A program made the translations under genes and the position numbers. This document shows positions 39,600 through 51,805 of a stretch of DNA of 64,000 nucleotides, in pieces. This stretch comes from Hemiscyllium ocellatum (taxonomy: Eukaryota), in assembly GCF_020745735.1 (NCBI RefSeq), contig NC_083423.1, positions 33,356,001 through 33,420,000 of the forward strand. The letters run 5' to 3'. The first letter of the stretch is position 1, and each line of letters begins with the position of its first letter. The notes beneath the pieces are model-generated. The model was not told the DNA's origin. It saw only the letters and a list, made by a program, of their open reading frames with translations, and ran no database searches.

Positions 39600-39970
39600 G
39601 AAAATGTGTTGCTGGAAAAGTGCAGCAGGTCAGGCAGCATCCAAGGAGCAGGAGAATCTACATTTCAGGCATGAGCCCTACTTCAGGAATGAGGAAAGAG
39701 TGTCCAGCAGGCTAAGATAAAAGGTAGGGAGGAGGGACTTGGGGGAGGTTGGGACCAAATTTGGTTAACAACCTCCCCCTAGTCCCTCCTCCCTACCTTT
39801 TACCTTTTATCTTAGCCTGCTGGACACACTTTCCACATTCATGAAGAAGGGCTCATGCCCGAAATGTCAATTCTCCTGCTCCTTGGATGCTGCCTGACCT
39901 GCTGCGTTTTTCCAGCAACACATTTTCAGCTCTGATCTCCAGCATCTGCAGTTCTCACTTTCTCCTCCTC
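39600..39970. mobile_element. Penelope-type fold-back insertion (~150-bp arms) with 12-bp TSD
   Basis: long inverted arms around ~39760; TSD ATTGCTTTCTCT at 39588-39599 and 39971-39982; CTGAAGA-type hammerhead-like cores in both arms, each mutated. Confidence 0.88.
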
Positions 39971-40749
39971 ATTGCTTTCTCTACCAGTCACAATTGTCTA
40001 AATGGGGCCTGAAGGAACATGCTCACCTTGCAAACACGACAAAGGTAGAAAGCATCAAACCTATAATGGCCATTCTCATCTAATCACTATTCGCTCTATA
40101 TCACGCAAACTCACAAATGAACCAAAAGCTACTATTTTCAATCCTGAAAAATGTCCAGTCTGTCCCAAATTACCTTAAAGTAAATAATCTTAAAAAATAC
40201 AGGTTGATTGATTTAAGTTATTTTTCACAGTTCTACAGTGGCTAGGCAAGTCACGTTTTCTACTAACAAGATACTGTTGTCAATCCAAACCACGTGATAG
40301 AGCAATTCTGTGACTGAACTTCAGTGCCAGGCATTTTCCTTTACTTGTATCAGCTAAAGAACAAACTATTCAACTAGCTAGCACATGCAAAACCCAAAAC
40401 AAACATATTTGGGATTCTATAATTCGATGCACTTGCTAAAATATCCCAAGTGCCACAGTGGCTAATGCTTAAAGCTGATTTAAAATGATCAGTTGCACTC
40501 ATAACATATCTTTTTTAAAATTTTCTAGGGTTGACATACAGCCATCTGTTCTCTGTAAACAAAATACACTTAGTTTTTGAAGTACCCAGGAATACTTCAC
40601 CTCACCAATCAAAATGACTCAACAGCCAATTGGCACCCTTTTTCTCCTGCTGTATAAATTGTTGTAATTTGCTTTTTTGTGCATTCATCAATTTAAACAA
40701 CAGAGAAAAGCTTCAATAATGTATCTCAACAATATTAAAATGTTCTAAG

Positions 40750-41590
40750 GAGATGACACCAAACTTGATGGTGTAGTGGACAGCAAAAAAAGTTACCTCA
40801 GAGTACACTGGCATTTTGATCAGATGGGCTGAGGAGTGGCAGATAGAGTTTAATCCAGATAAATATAAGGATAAATTTTGATAGGGCTAATCGGGGCAGG
40901 ATTTATACACTCCAGGGGAGTGTTGCCAAATAAAAGGACCTTTGAGTGCAGGTTCGTAGTTCCTTGAAAGTGGAGTTGGAGATAGTCAGGGTAGTAAAGA
41001 TGTTTGGTACGCTTGCCTTTATTGATCAATGCATTGAGTACAGGGGTTAGAATGCCCTGTTGCAGCTGTGCAGGAGACTGGTTAAGCCATTTTTGGAATA
41101 CTGCATTCAATTCTGGTCTCGCTGCTATTGGAAAGATGTTGTTAAGAAATAATTTACAAGGATGTTGCCAGAGATGGCGGGTTTGAGCTATAAGGATGCA
41201 GATTAGGCTGAGGCTATTTTCCCTGGAGCATCAGAGGCAGAGAGGTGACCTTTATAAAATGATGAGTGCCATGGATAGAACGAATAGTCAAAGTCTTTTC
41301 CCCATTGTAAGGGAGTCCAAAACTAGAGAACATAGGTTTAAGGTGAGAGGGGAAAGATTGAAAAGGGACCGAAAGGGTCACCCAGAGGGTGGTGTGTGTA
41401 TTGAATAATTTGCCAGAGAAAATAGAGGAGGCCGGTACAACTACAACATTTAAAAGGCATCAGGATGGATATACGAATAGGAAAAATTTAGAGGGATATG
41501 GATCAAATGCTGGCAAATGGGACAAGATTTATTTAGGATATCTAATTGCCTCAGATATACAGACCCTTCAGTCCAACCTGTCCATGCCAA
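40750..41590 (+). mobile_element. CR1/HER1 LINE 3' part with inverted terminal ~40 bp
   Basis: RT C-terminal motifs; the tail cagacccttcagtccaacctgtccatgccaa at ~41560-41590 is in reverse orientation. Confidence 0.82.
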
Positions 41591-41629
41591 TGATTACTTC
41601 AGTCACTCTCATCCTTGCTATAGATTTCA

Positions 41630-41840
41630 CTTGACACCAGGTTACAGTCCAACAGATTTATTTAAAATTGCCAAGCTTTCGGAGCAATGCTCCTTCATCA
41701 CTTAAAGTGTCACTTCAGGATTTCACCAAATGAAGGAACAGCACACTGAAAGTTTGTGATTTTAAATAAACCTGTTGAACTATAACCTGATGTCATGTGA
41801 CTTCTGCCTTTGTCCAACACCAGCATCTTCACATCATGTT
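41630..41840. mobile_element. second-family Penelope-type fold-back with hammerhead-like core
   Basis: caccaggttacagtccaacagatttattt / aaataaacctgttgaactataacctgatg arms; minus strand gTGATGA A GGAGC ATT GCTCC GAAAGCTT; related copy at ~42090-42228. Confidence 0.75.
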
Positions 41841-42979
41841 ATAGATTCATAAAAGCTTTGACAACATGCTTTATATTTCTACTCTATTTTCCACATATCA
41901 ATTATTTGGTGACCCTTTGTTCATTTCCAAAACACACCCAAACCTCAGATTTGCTCAAACACAAAAACAGAAATTGCTGGAAAACTAGCTGTTCTTTGCA
42001 ACATTAGAAATCTCTTCACTTTATCATGTAGGAGCAACAGATGGGCCCTACTTGCTGAGTTCTGGTTTGAAGTGGAGTGTATTTTTGATTTGGAGATGCC
42101 GGTGTTGAACTGGGTGTACAAAGTTAAAAATTACACTGCTCCTTCATCAGGTGGTTGGAGCAGCACTCCAAAAGCTAGTGCTTCCAAATAAGCCTGTTGG
42201 ACTATAACCTGGTGTGCAATTTTTAACTGTATTTTTTAGATATTTTTGTATGTCAATTTACCACTGCAACTTCTAGTCTATTTACGCAATTGATCTTATG
42301 CAGTTATCCCAAACCAAATAACTTGTTCTGAAGATTCATACTCGAGCATTAACTGTTTCTGTCGTAACAGATCCTATCAGACCTGCTGAGTTTCCAAAGC
42401 ACTTTATTTTTATCATGTGAAGAACTACTGGGATGGGAAGGATTTTGCTGTTGATTGATTATTTGTTCCCTCATGTCAGCAGTACATTCCACCCCAATCT
42501 ATATGTTTTTGAAAAGCAGAAGATGAGTAATTTCATCCTGTTCTAAGCTTCTTGATCCACATGCTAAGCCCTGTTCCCAAAAACCTCCAAACTGATGGCA
42601 CTGCTTCTTCCATAGGAATCTAAAGTCAGTGGGTTACAATATCACCATAAAAATACAGATACATTTCATAAGTGAGTAACCTCACTATGGTCCAAGCAGA
42701 GCCATAGTGCAGCTATTTTATTAGGGAAGTCACCCACACACATCAGGCAAAAGGAGAATCCTTCCAGGCAGGCTCTTGTGGTGTACTGGCATTATACCTA
42801 ACATTGAACCAGAAGATTTTTAAGTTCCACCTGCTGCAGAGGTGTATTGCAACATCTCTGAACAGGGTGATTAGGGGCAAAAAATGTCTTGAGGACTTCG
42901 AACCCATACTGCATCATAAATCAGAGCTAACCAACACGCTGATCTTTCACAGAGCTTCTTGTGTTTGAACTTGAGTCAC

Positions 42980-44290
42980 GCACGTTACGTCCTATCTTCA
43001 AAGTCGAGCCATGATTTCAGCTGGAAGAGGCTTTCGGAAAGTCGGCGCATTCTCTTTTGCCTTTCTCTTATTTTCAAACGATCGCTCTTCTCGCCTGCCT
43101 GTCCTTTGGAGTAACAGCGAGCCACGGGGTTTCCCCTCTGAAACACAAGGTTTACCGCGCGCTGGGTGGGTGGGGCGGGAGGAGCAAGATGACTTCCCTT
43201 CGCTCGCCGATTGGCGGAGACGCCGGCGGGCAATCAGACAGGCTGAACGGCAGGCAAGCCGGCCGGTGGGCGCGTGACATCGAGCCCCGCCTCCGCTCTC
43301 TCCCAACGCGACTCTGACGTCCTTGCGTAAGCGAAACGGTGCATTGTTGTTGAAGAAGCGGAAAGGAGCTTCTTTAAGCACAGAAGCGAGGGCGACAAGA
43401 GTCTGGGTGGGAGGAGAAAAAAAATCATCGTTGGGGTGGGGGGGAGGGGACGGGAACTATCGAATGTTCGCACGTTCCGTGACAGTTGGCGGTGGAACGC
43501 GATCAGCAGCAGGAGGCTGCGCGCGGGCCTCGAGGGCGCCGTGTTTTCATTCGCCCGGGAGCAGCGTCTCGAGAGCGCGGTCGGTCCGTCCGTTTGATGT
43601 ACGGCCTCGAGGAAAGCGGAGCCTGCACGGAGAGGGCGCGTCAGTCCAGCCCGCTGACAAACACACATACGCGCAACACAGCCCCCCTCTTCCCCCCCCC
43701 CCCCCCCCAAACGGTAGAGAAGCGGAGGTGGTGGGGAGGGCGAAGTAATTGTTTTTTTTACAAAAAACAAAGTCCCCGCAGAGGCAATAGGCGGTAAGTT
43801 TTGCCTTTTAAACGCCGGTGGATAGAGACTTGTTAACCTGAGTGGGAATAGAGGAGGAGGAGGGGCGGACAAGCAGCGAGTACCTTCCTTGCTGCTTGTT
43901 TTGTCGGGCGCCATTTTATTTTCCCTGTGTATATGGATGAGATCGGAGTTTGTTGGAGCTCTCCTCCTCCCCCGTTCCGGGGGTTTAAAGTCGGTGCCGC
44001 AGAAGGCGGGCGGTCGGGCGGGATAGATGAATGATGGCGCGTACTTGTAAGTGGGAGGAGCCGTGAGAGGTCTTGGTATGTTGCGGGGGGGGGGGTATTT
44101 GTAGAGGTTGTGAGGGGAGGGGTTGGAGGGTTATCCGCCTCCCACCGGCGCCGGGCGCTGCCGCCGCTCCATTCAAACAGGCCCGGGGGCCGACGCGCTG
44201 ACGTCACCCCTCCGGCCGGACCGGAGCCACTTCCGGGTTTGTGCAAAAAAGAAAAGCCCCAGAAATTCTTCTGTGAGTGACAACCTTCTG
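42980..44290. promoter_or_regulatory. BRD1: CpG island / BRD1 promoter region
   Basis: high GC and CpG; CCAAT (minus, ~43210), GC box, YY1-type CGCCATTTT 43909-43917, CRE TGACGTCA 44199-44206, ETS CACTTCCGG 44228-44236. Confidence 0.88.
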
Positions 44291-47200
44291 GCCTTTTTCA
44301 GTGCTTCCCCCCGTTCCTTCAACATTAAACTTCTACTGTCTCTACACTCAACCCGTCTCCCTCCCTGCACTGGTCTGGCAAAACTTCTGTCGCCCACCAA
44401 CACTCAATGGTCCGCCCCATTGCTGTTAGCGGAGTTTCGCTTTCTTCTATACTTCAGATACGCTCATTCTCCTCTTCACCGCCCACCCCACCCCCATTTG
44501 AATTCCTGTACTCGGAACATTAGGCCCTTCCCAAGAATCTCCCCAAGTAAACTGCCACTTTGGACTTGTAAAAATAGATCTTTCTCCGATTGCGGAGGAT
44601 CACAACTTCGCTTTTGTGAGTGGCATTTCTAACATGAAATCCATCAAGATGTTGGCATTCTAGTTCCCTTGAAAGCTGCTTAAGCGAAGTTTTTATTTGC
44701 ATCAGAGCGGTGGATTTCATCAGGTTGACTTAGTGCGATTCCTTGGAAGACAATCTTACATAACCTACATTTGATGTAGAAAGGGCGTTTTTTAAAAAAA
44801 AAATTATTGAGTCTTTTGGATGAATGCAAGTTTTATTCCTCATTCTGATGCATAGATGTTCATTGTTGATTGCAGAAAACGTAATGACAATGCTGTCACG
44901 TTCCTTTGTTTGGCTCCATTGTTTTAGGATTTAAGATTCACATGTTAGTGATCACTCAGGAGTCACAACTTGACACACACTTAGGACATGTCCTTTGCAA
45001 AGCCCTTCTTGTTAGGTATATTAGGTAATAGCATGAACATAAACTCAAAGCAGTGTTGTGATGCCTTTATAAATCTTCAATGTAGCATTTTAATAATTTT
45101 ATTCCAAGTTTCCATTACTATCAAAGGTGTTCATTCCATCTGTTTCATTTGCTTTTCCAAATCCAAGCTCAGTTTGGTAAAAGTTTTCTGGTAAGAGAAG
45201 ACATCTGCAAACAAAACCTTCAAAGTCACATTATTCCAGCAGCTGTATCTAAAAGAATCTGCAGTTAACTAATATAGTGAATGGATTTTATTCCCCAAAA
45301 CAGAAGTACTTGCATATTTTGCTTTTAAAAATAACTAGGTGCGTCCAAATAAAACAGTGTGTCTCGTAATATTTATCTTGAAGTATTTTGTCTGATTGGA
45401 TATTCACTGGAAATGTTCTTCAGAGCTTTTTTTTTTCAATGCAATAATATGGAAGACTGCTCCAAATTAAACCTTCCACAAGATTTCGTTATTAGTTTGA
45501 ATAATTATCAATGCATTTTTTTGTTTTGCTGAATCTGTCGACCTGATCATTCTGGTGTTCTGCTGGCTGACTCCCTCGCCACAACGTCAACCTATTTAAG
45601 GTTCCAATATTGGCAATCTATCTCACTCTCACTTTTATTGTGTGAGAAGCAAAATGATGGTTTCACCTGGTACAAATTAGATCAATATAATGTTTGAGGT
45701 GGAAAGAGGCAATTGCTGTGAAGGAGTAGGAATATTGACTAAGTTTTTGAAGTTGGAAATGTCTTTAATTCAGACGTGACAGGTCGATTTTTGATTATAG
45801 TGGGGAAATATTTATATTGGTTCAGTTTTCTCATTTGTGAAGTTGAGATTGATGTTTGGCTATCATTAGAGTTTTATAACACACTTATGGAAACATTGAG
45901 AAAGATGGTGGAGTGGGTAAGCTGAATGCTGCTGATATAGATGGCAAATAAACATATTGCAAAATGGTGGATTCCCTCCTATGCAAAGTGGCTTTTTACT
46001 AAAACACAAGAATGTAATGCTTGCAGTTTGGTTTTAACAATACAAGTTTATTACACAATAGAAAAGATAGTTTTCTTAGCTGGTTACCTATGGTACAATT
46101 TGAATGATTTTGAAACTTGTAAATATACAATCTCATCTATTTAATGCTATCAGTACATTATTCAAATACCAGAGAGTTCACTCGTCTGTTACATCTGAAA
46201 GTTTAACTTAACTGTTCCATTCAGTTTTCAACCTTGAGAGTTTGGTAACTTCTTTTATGTTCGTCTGTCAATGGAGCTTAGACCTCCTTCACTTCAAATC
46301 AAACACTTGTGGTCTGGAACTTGCAGCTAAAAATCCTAATTATTTTATCTATTAGTTTGGAACTGTTAACAATCTCCTTCAACAGAAAGTGTTTAACAAA
46401 TTGGACTTCCACCAGAACATTTGCAAACTGAAAAACAAAAGGTTTCCACACTTAGGATATTTCCCCTCAGCAACAAAAAAAGTCCTCATCCTTCTAAATT
46501 GCAAACAGGCTAATGTTTAGTCTGTCTGCTTGTTAAACTGATCTCTACAGGAAGTCTTTCTCTTTAATGTTTTTAAAAATATCATGGTTCCAGAAATACT
46601 GACAAGCTAATCATTAAACTCCCTCATACACAGACCAAAACCCACATGCTACTAGTTCAAATTACAAACTTTAAATTATGTATTAAAATATATAAATTTC
46701 ACATCTTGCATCTCTCAGTTCTGTTTGTGTGATCTGTTGAGATTACAACTGAACATCAGTTCTGATAGAGTAGTTCCCAAATGTATATTTAGTGAAGTGT
46801 CATTTGGATAAAAATAGCCAGGGTTCATCCAAGTTGTATACTAATCAGAGACTTCCAATTTCAATTCTGGCTTTGAATCAGTTATTTCATCTCAGTTTGG
46901 GCAGTAAATTAGTAAGGTAGTATGCCTATACCTGTGCCTAGGAATGTGGAGTTAATGAGGGCTTTCACTCTCCTGCACCATCCAGTGATCAATACTGGGA
47001 AGTGCATTATATTGGTTGGTAAAACCAGCCACATTAATACTGTTGCCTGTGATTCTAGCATGAATTAACTCTTTCACAAAAGGTGGTGGGCAAAATTGGC
47101 AAGGAACCAAGGAAGTTTTGTTGTAAATTACCATCTTCAGTTACAAATGCAAAAATGATATTCATTCAAACTCTGCATTTGTTGGTTAGATCAGCTATAC

Positions 47201-48027
47201 GTTTTGGAAGGAAATACTGCGTAACTTTATCGCAATATTTTTACTATAGTATACATTTCTATGGGAATTGAATTTTAAAATAAGTATAACAATTTTAAAA
47301 AGCATGGTTGCATTATTTGCTTTGGAATTTAAAAGCTTACTGAATATATATGAATTGTTTGAACTTCAGAATTTACAGGTAGCTAAATCCATTATTTAGG
47401 CATTTAAAGGTAAAGTCATAGTCTCACCAGACCATAGGTCTATGCTTTCTCAAGGGGGGATGTTTAAAAAGGGCCAGTCATGGTAACTTTAGCAAGAATT
47501 GAACCTGCACTGTTGGAATTCCTGTACATGACAAACAAGCAAACCATTGGTTAGTCTAGTTAAAGTTACTGTAAAAATTTGGGTACTTCTTCCTATGGCA
47601 TTAAAACCATAGTGTGTGTATGTTGCAAACTCAATTAGGATTATACCAGAGTGGAAAATGATTGTGACAAGTAAATGTGATACTATATTCATAGGTACAG
47701 GAAAGATTAGAAGGAGGCTTTTTGGCAATCAAAGTTTTTAAGATTATGAAACAATTTTGGAAAGAAATTTGGGAATAAAGGACCGTTCATCAATTTGGAG
47801 TTCTTAACTATAGGGAACAATTGTAATTTACCTAATTACAGGCTTATTATACCATGAGATTGGGGGTTGAGAAAAAAATTGAAATGGGGGCAGTTATGGA
47901 AAGGCGTTCTTGGAATTATCCCATTCTGACTTCTGGTTATTTTTTATAATGTTTTGTAAATTCAAACATGACCATAGCTGTTTGTAACACTTCAATCATT
48001 TTTCTTCAGCAGACTCCATTGTTAACG

Positions 48028-49394
48028 ATGAGAAGGAAGGGAAGGTGCCACCGCGGGTCAGCAAGGCGTCCAGCTTCACCTTGTAGTCTGAAACATTCAC
48101 CCAGTCGTGAAATGCTGACGTATGCCCAAGCACAGCGAATGGTTGAAATGGAAATTGATGGTCGGCTGCATAGAATCAGTATTTATGATCCTTTGGAGAT
48201 AATTTCTGAAGATGACTTAACTGCCCAAGAAATTGTTGAATGTAATAGCAACAAGGAAAATAGTGAACGTCCTCCTGTTTTCATAAAAACTAAAAGGTAT
48301 AAATCTAATAAAGTGAAAAAGAAGGAAGCCACTATTCAGAGTAAACATGGACCTCCCACACAGGTGAACGCATTGCCGGAACCTAGATTTAGAATAGTAG
48401 ATTATGAACCACCTTCAGCTCCTCGTCGGCCTTCATCTTATTACAGGCTCATTGAAAAATCCCCAGAGGAGCTCAATAATGAAGTTGAGTATGACATGGA
48501 TGAGGAAGATTATGCGTGGTTGGAAATGATTAATGAAAGGCGCAAAAGTGATGGTTTGAGTGCAGTTTCACAGAATGTATTTGAGTTCCTAATGGATAAA
48601 CTGGAGAAGGAGTCTTACTTTGAAAACTCTAATCAAGGTGATCCTCAGTCATTAATTGATGAAGATGCTGTTTGTTGTATTTGCATGGATGGAGAATGTC
48701 AAAACAGTAATGTAATATTATTTTGTGACATGTGTAACTTAGCAGTGCATCAGGAATGCTATGGAGTTCCTTATATACCTGAGGGACAGTGGTTGTGCCG
48801 TCGTTGTTTGCAGTCCCCCTCTCGATCTGTTGATTGTATCTTGTGCCCAAATAAGGGGGGTGCTTTCAAGAAGACAGATGATGGTCAGTGGGGACATGTT
48901 GTATGTGCACTGTGGGTTCCTGAAGTTGGATTTGCTAACACTGTATTCATAGAACCTATTGATGGTGTTAAGAACATTCCAGCAGCTAGGTGGAAATTGA
49001 CATGCTACCTCTGCAAGCAGAAAGGGCTAGGTGCTTGCATCCAGTGCCATAAGGCAAATTGCTATACAGCATTCCATGTAACTTGTGCTCAACAGGCGGG
49101 TCTGTACATGAAAATGGAACCTGTTAAAGAAACTGCATCCAATGGAACAACAACATTCAATGTGAAAAAGACTGCTTTCTGTACTGTACACACTCCTCCT
49201 GGGTGTGTGAGAAGGCCGTTAAACATTTACGAGCCAACTGAAGTGAAAAATGGCATATGTAGAAAAGGTTCACCTAACAAGACAACTAAGACAAAATGTA
49301 AGGCAAGACAGAAGACAAAGAAGTCTAGAAAACTGTTAGTTGAAAAATGTACTGCTGTGCCCATTGTATCAGTCCCATGCATTCAACCTGATAG
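48028..49394 (+). CDS. BRD1: BRD1 (BRPF2) first coding exon (1367 nt): EPC-N and PHD-Zn knuckle-PHD
   Basis: [13 protein letters not shown]-terminus, [58 protein letters not shown]; AG|gtgagt. Confidence 0.97.
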
Positions 49395-51218
49395 GTGAGT
49401 GACTTTCTTAAACTTGACACTTGTTTTCATTTTGTTGCTGTATGATGAAACTTTCAGACAATTAAATCTAACCTAATGAAAAGTAAAAAGAAAAGATTAA
49501 TGCCTCCTTTAATAATTATTTCCATGTCCTTTTTTTTTCCCCTGTTATCCCCTGTCAAGACAAAGTTGGAAACCTGAAATCGCATTCAACCTTCTTTGGT
49601 CAGCTGATTAACTAATGCTAAATATTATTTCAAAAGAAATCACTTCGTCCAATCCACTTGGCAGTTCAGTAATCATTTCTGGAAAATAATTAAGTTCCTC
49701 TCTTATAATTTTGCTGTCCTCAACCCCAATATCAATAGCTTTGACTTTCTCTACATATTCCAGTTGGCAGCTGAAAGTGAACTCACCTTAACATATGCGT
49801 GATATAAGTGTAAATAAAAGGCAGCTTTGCTTTGAAATGTTATATACCATCTGACAGCAATCGATATGGGCTGTTTGCCTCTGGAGAAGGATTCTCTTGG
49901 AACCAGTTTGAAGTGTTGCCATCCTTGTTGATAGTTTTGTGATATCTTTACTATACAAACCTTGCTTATGAAACTTTGTGCTATCAAGAAATTAACATTT
50001 TTGAAAATATCCAAGTAAACCTAAGCTAAGCTTAACATTTGGTTAAGTATACTACTTAAGCTTTCTCCTTTAAGATAAATTTCCAATTATATTTAGTTCA
50101 ACATGCACAGCAACTATATTAAAATGCCCCAGGCTGCTTAACAGGAATGCAGGCAGACAAAATTTGATAGTAAATTGAGGAAAATACTAGAACAGGTGAC
50201 CAAAAGCTTCATCAAAGAAATGGGTCCGAAGGAATGGTGGACAGCATTTCAAATCTTGCAGTCAATGTGGTTGATAGCATGTCTGCCAGAATGTGATACA
50301 GAACTAGAACTGTTGAAGAGATCAAAGTTGGGAGGAATGCAAAGTTGAAAGAAGCTTGTATGATTGAGAAGGTTAGAGTTGTAGAGGCTGATGCTTTTAA
50401 TACACTGAATTCATTAAGAATTTTGTAACTAAAGCTTTGGTGTAACAAATGTCCATGCAGATCAGTCAAATAGTGACGATGAAGTAGTTTTGGTCAAAAT
50501 CAAACTCCACCTATTCTTCCTGGAATGTAAATGAAGCACACTCATGCTTTTTGCTGTGCAGCAAAGTCATTGCTGTAATGTTTTTGTTGAGAAAAGGAGT
50601 TGGCTGGATTGACATGAAGTGTTTTCACTTTTCACTTCTAATATTACAAATTATTAAAAAGTGGATGCCATAAAGGCATAGCTAAACTATAGTGAGCATG
50701 ATACTAAAGAAGATGATACTTTTCACATCCCTCTACTCATTCCCATCTTTGCCACTTCCAGTGCAATATTTCTCTCATTGTCTCAACGTGTCTTCAGCTG
50801 CTTAGATCTAACAATTTAGAAGTCCATCCCAATCTGTCACTCCCACTTCCCAGTCTGTCGGTTGGTTTCATGTTCTGTACTAAAATTCATCTTGTTAAGC
50901 TTTGGTCACATTTTTATTATCATCTTTGCACCCTTTTTAATTTTACATGGACACCTGAAGCTCTTGGGAGACCTGTCTACATTTTGTGTTGTGTAAAATG
51001 TTAAGTTGCTGCATACGTAGAATTTTGAGAGTTAGAATGCTGACATGGTGTAGAACGTTTTAGGGAGGGTACAAAAATCCGCTTGATGACATCATTACTA
51101 TTTTGTGCTATGTTTTGTCGTAATGATAGCATAAGAATGGAACTACACCTACCCTCCCTCCACCCCAAGGAAATTCTCTCATCTATTTAGGGCAAGAGAT
51201 TTGAATGTCATAAACTCC

Positions 51219-51805
51219 TAGAGACATACAGCATGGAAAGACCCTTCAGTCCAACTCGTCCATGCCAACCAGATATCCTAAATAAATCTAGTCCCATTTG
51301 CCCTATGTTCATCTGAATCGTTTCTATTCATAAGTCTGTCTTTTAGATGTTGTAATCGTAGCAGCTTCATCCACTTCCTCTAGCAGCTCATTCCATAGAA
51401 GCATCACCTTTTACATGAAAAAGTTGCCCCATATGTCCAGTTACCCGCCCACCCCCCCCCCTCCCCCCCCCCACACACACACACACACACACATTTACAC
51501 ACACACACCCCCGCCCTCTGGTTTTGGACTCTCCCAACCTAGGTAAAAGACCTTGTCTGTTTACCCTATCCATGCTCTCATTTTATAAACCTCCATAAGG
51601 TCACCCCTCAGCTTCCAGCGGTCCAGGGGATATAGCCCTAGTCTATTCAACCTCCTCTATAGCTTGGACCCTCCAACCCTGTTAACATGCTTGTGAATCT
51701 TTTCAAGTTTCACAACATCCTATAGCAGGAAACTAGAATTGCCTTAAATATTCCAAAAGTGGCCTAACAATGTCCTGTATGGCTGCAGCATAATTTCCCA
51801 TCTCC
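51219..51805 (-). mobile_element. CR1/HER1 LINE 3' fragment containing a poly-C/(CA)n tract
   Basis: tagagacatacagcatggaaag tail; MDRVNRQGLLPRLGESKTRG. Confidence 0.85.
51444..51512. repeat. poly-C plus (CA)n microsatellite
   Basis: directly visible. Confidence 0.95.

Noticed and set aside
42985-44632. Cluster of 60-226 aa ORFs on both strands
   Set aside because: Expected by-product of a GC-rich CpG island; low-complexity Pro/Arg/Gly translations with no recognisable domain
47968-48027. Upstream ATG of the 476-aa ORF
   Set aside because: Lies in the intron upstream of the CAGCAG acceptor; the conserved start is 48028
48028-49394. BRPF1 or BRPF3 as alternative identity
   Set aside because: [13 protein letters not shown]-terminus, absence of the BRPF1 N-terminal C2H2 finger, and synteny point to BRD1
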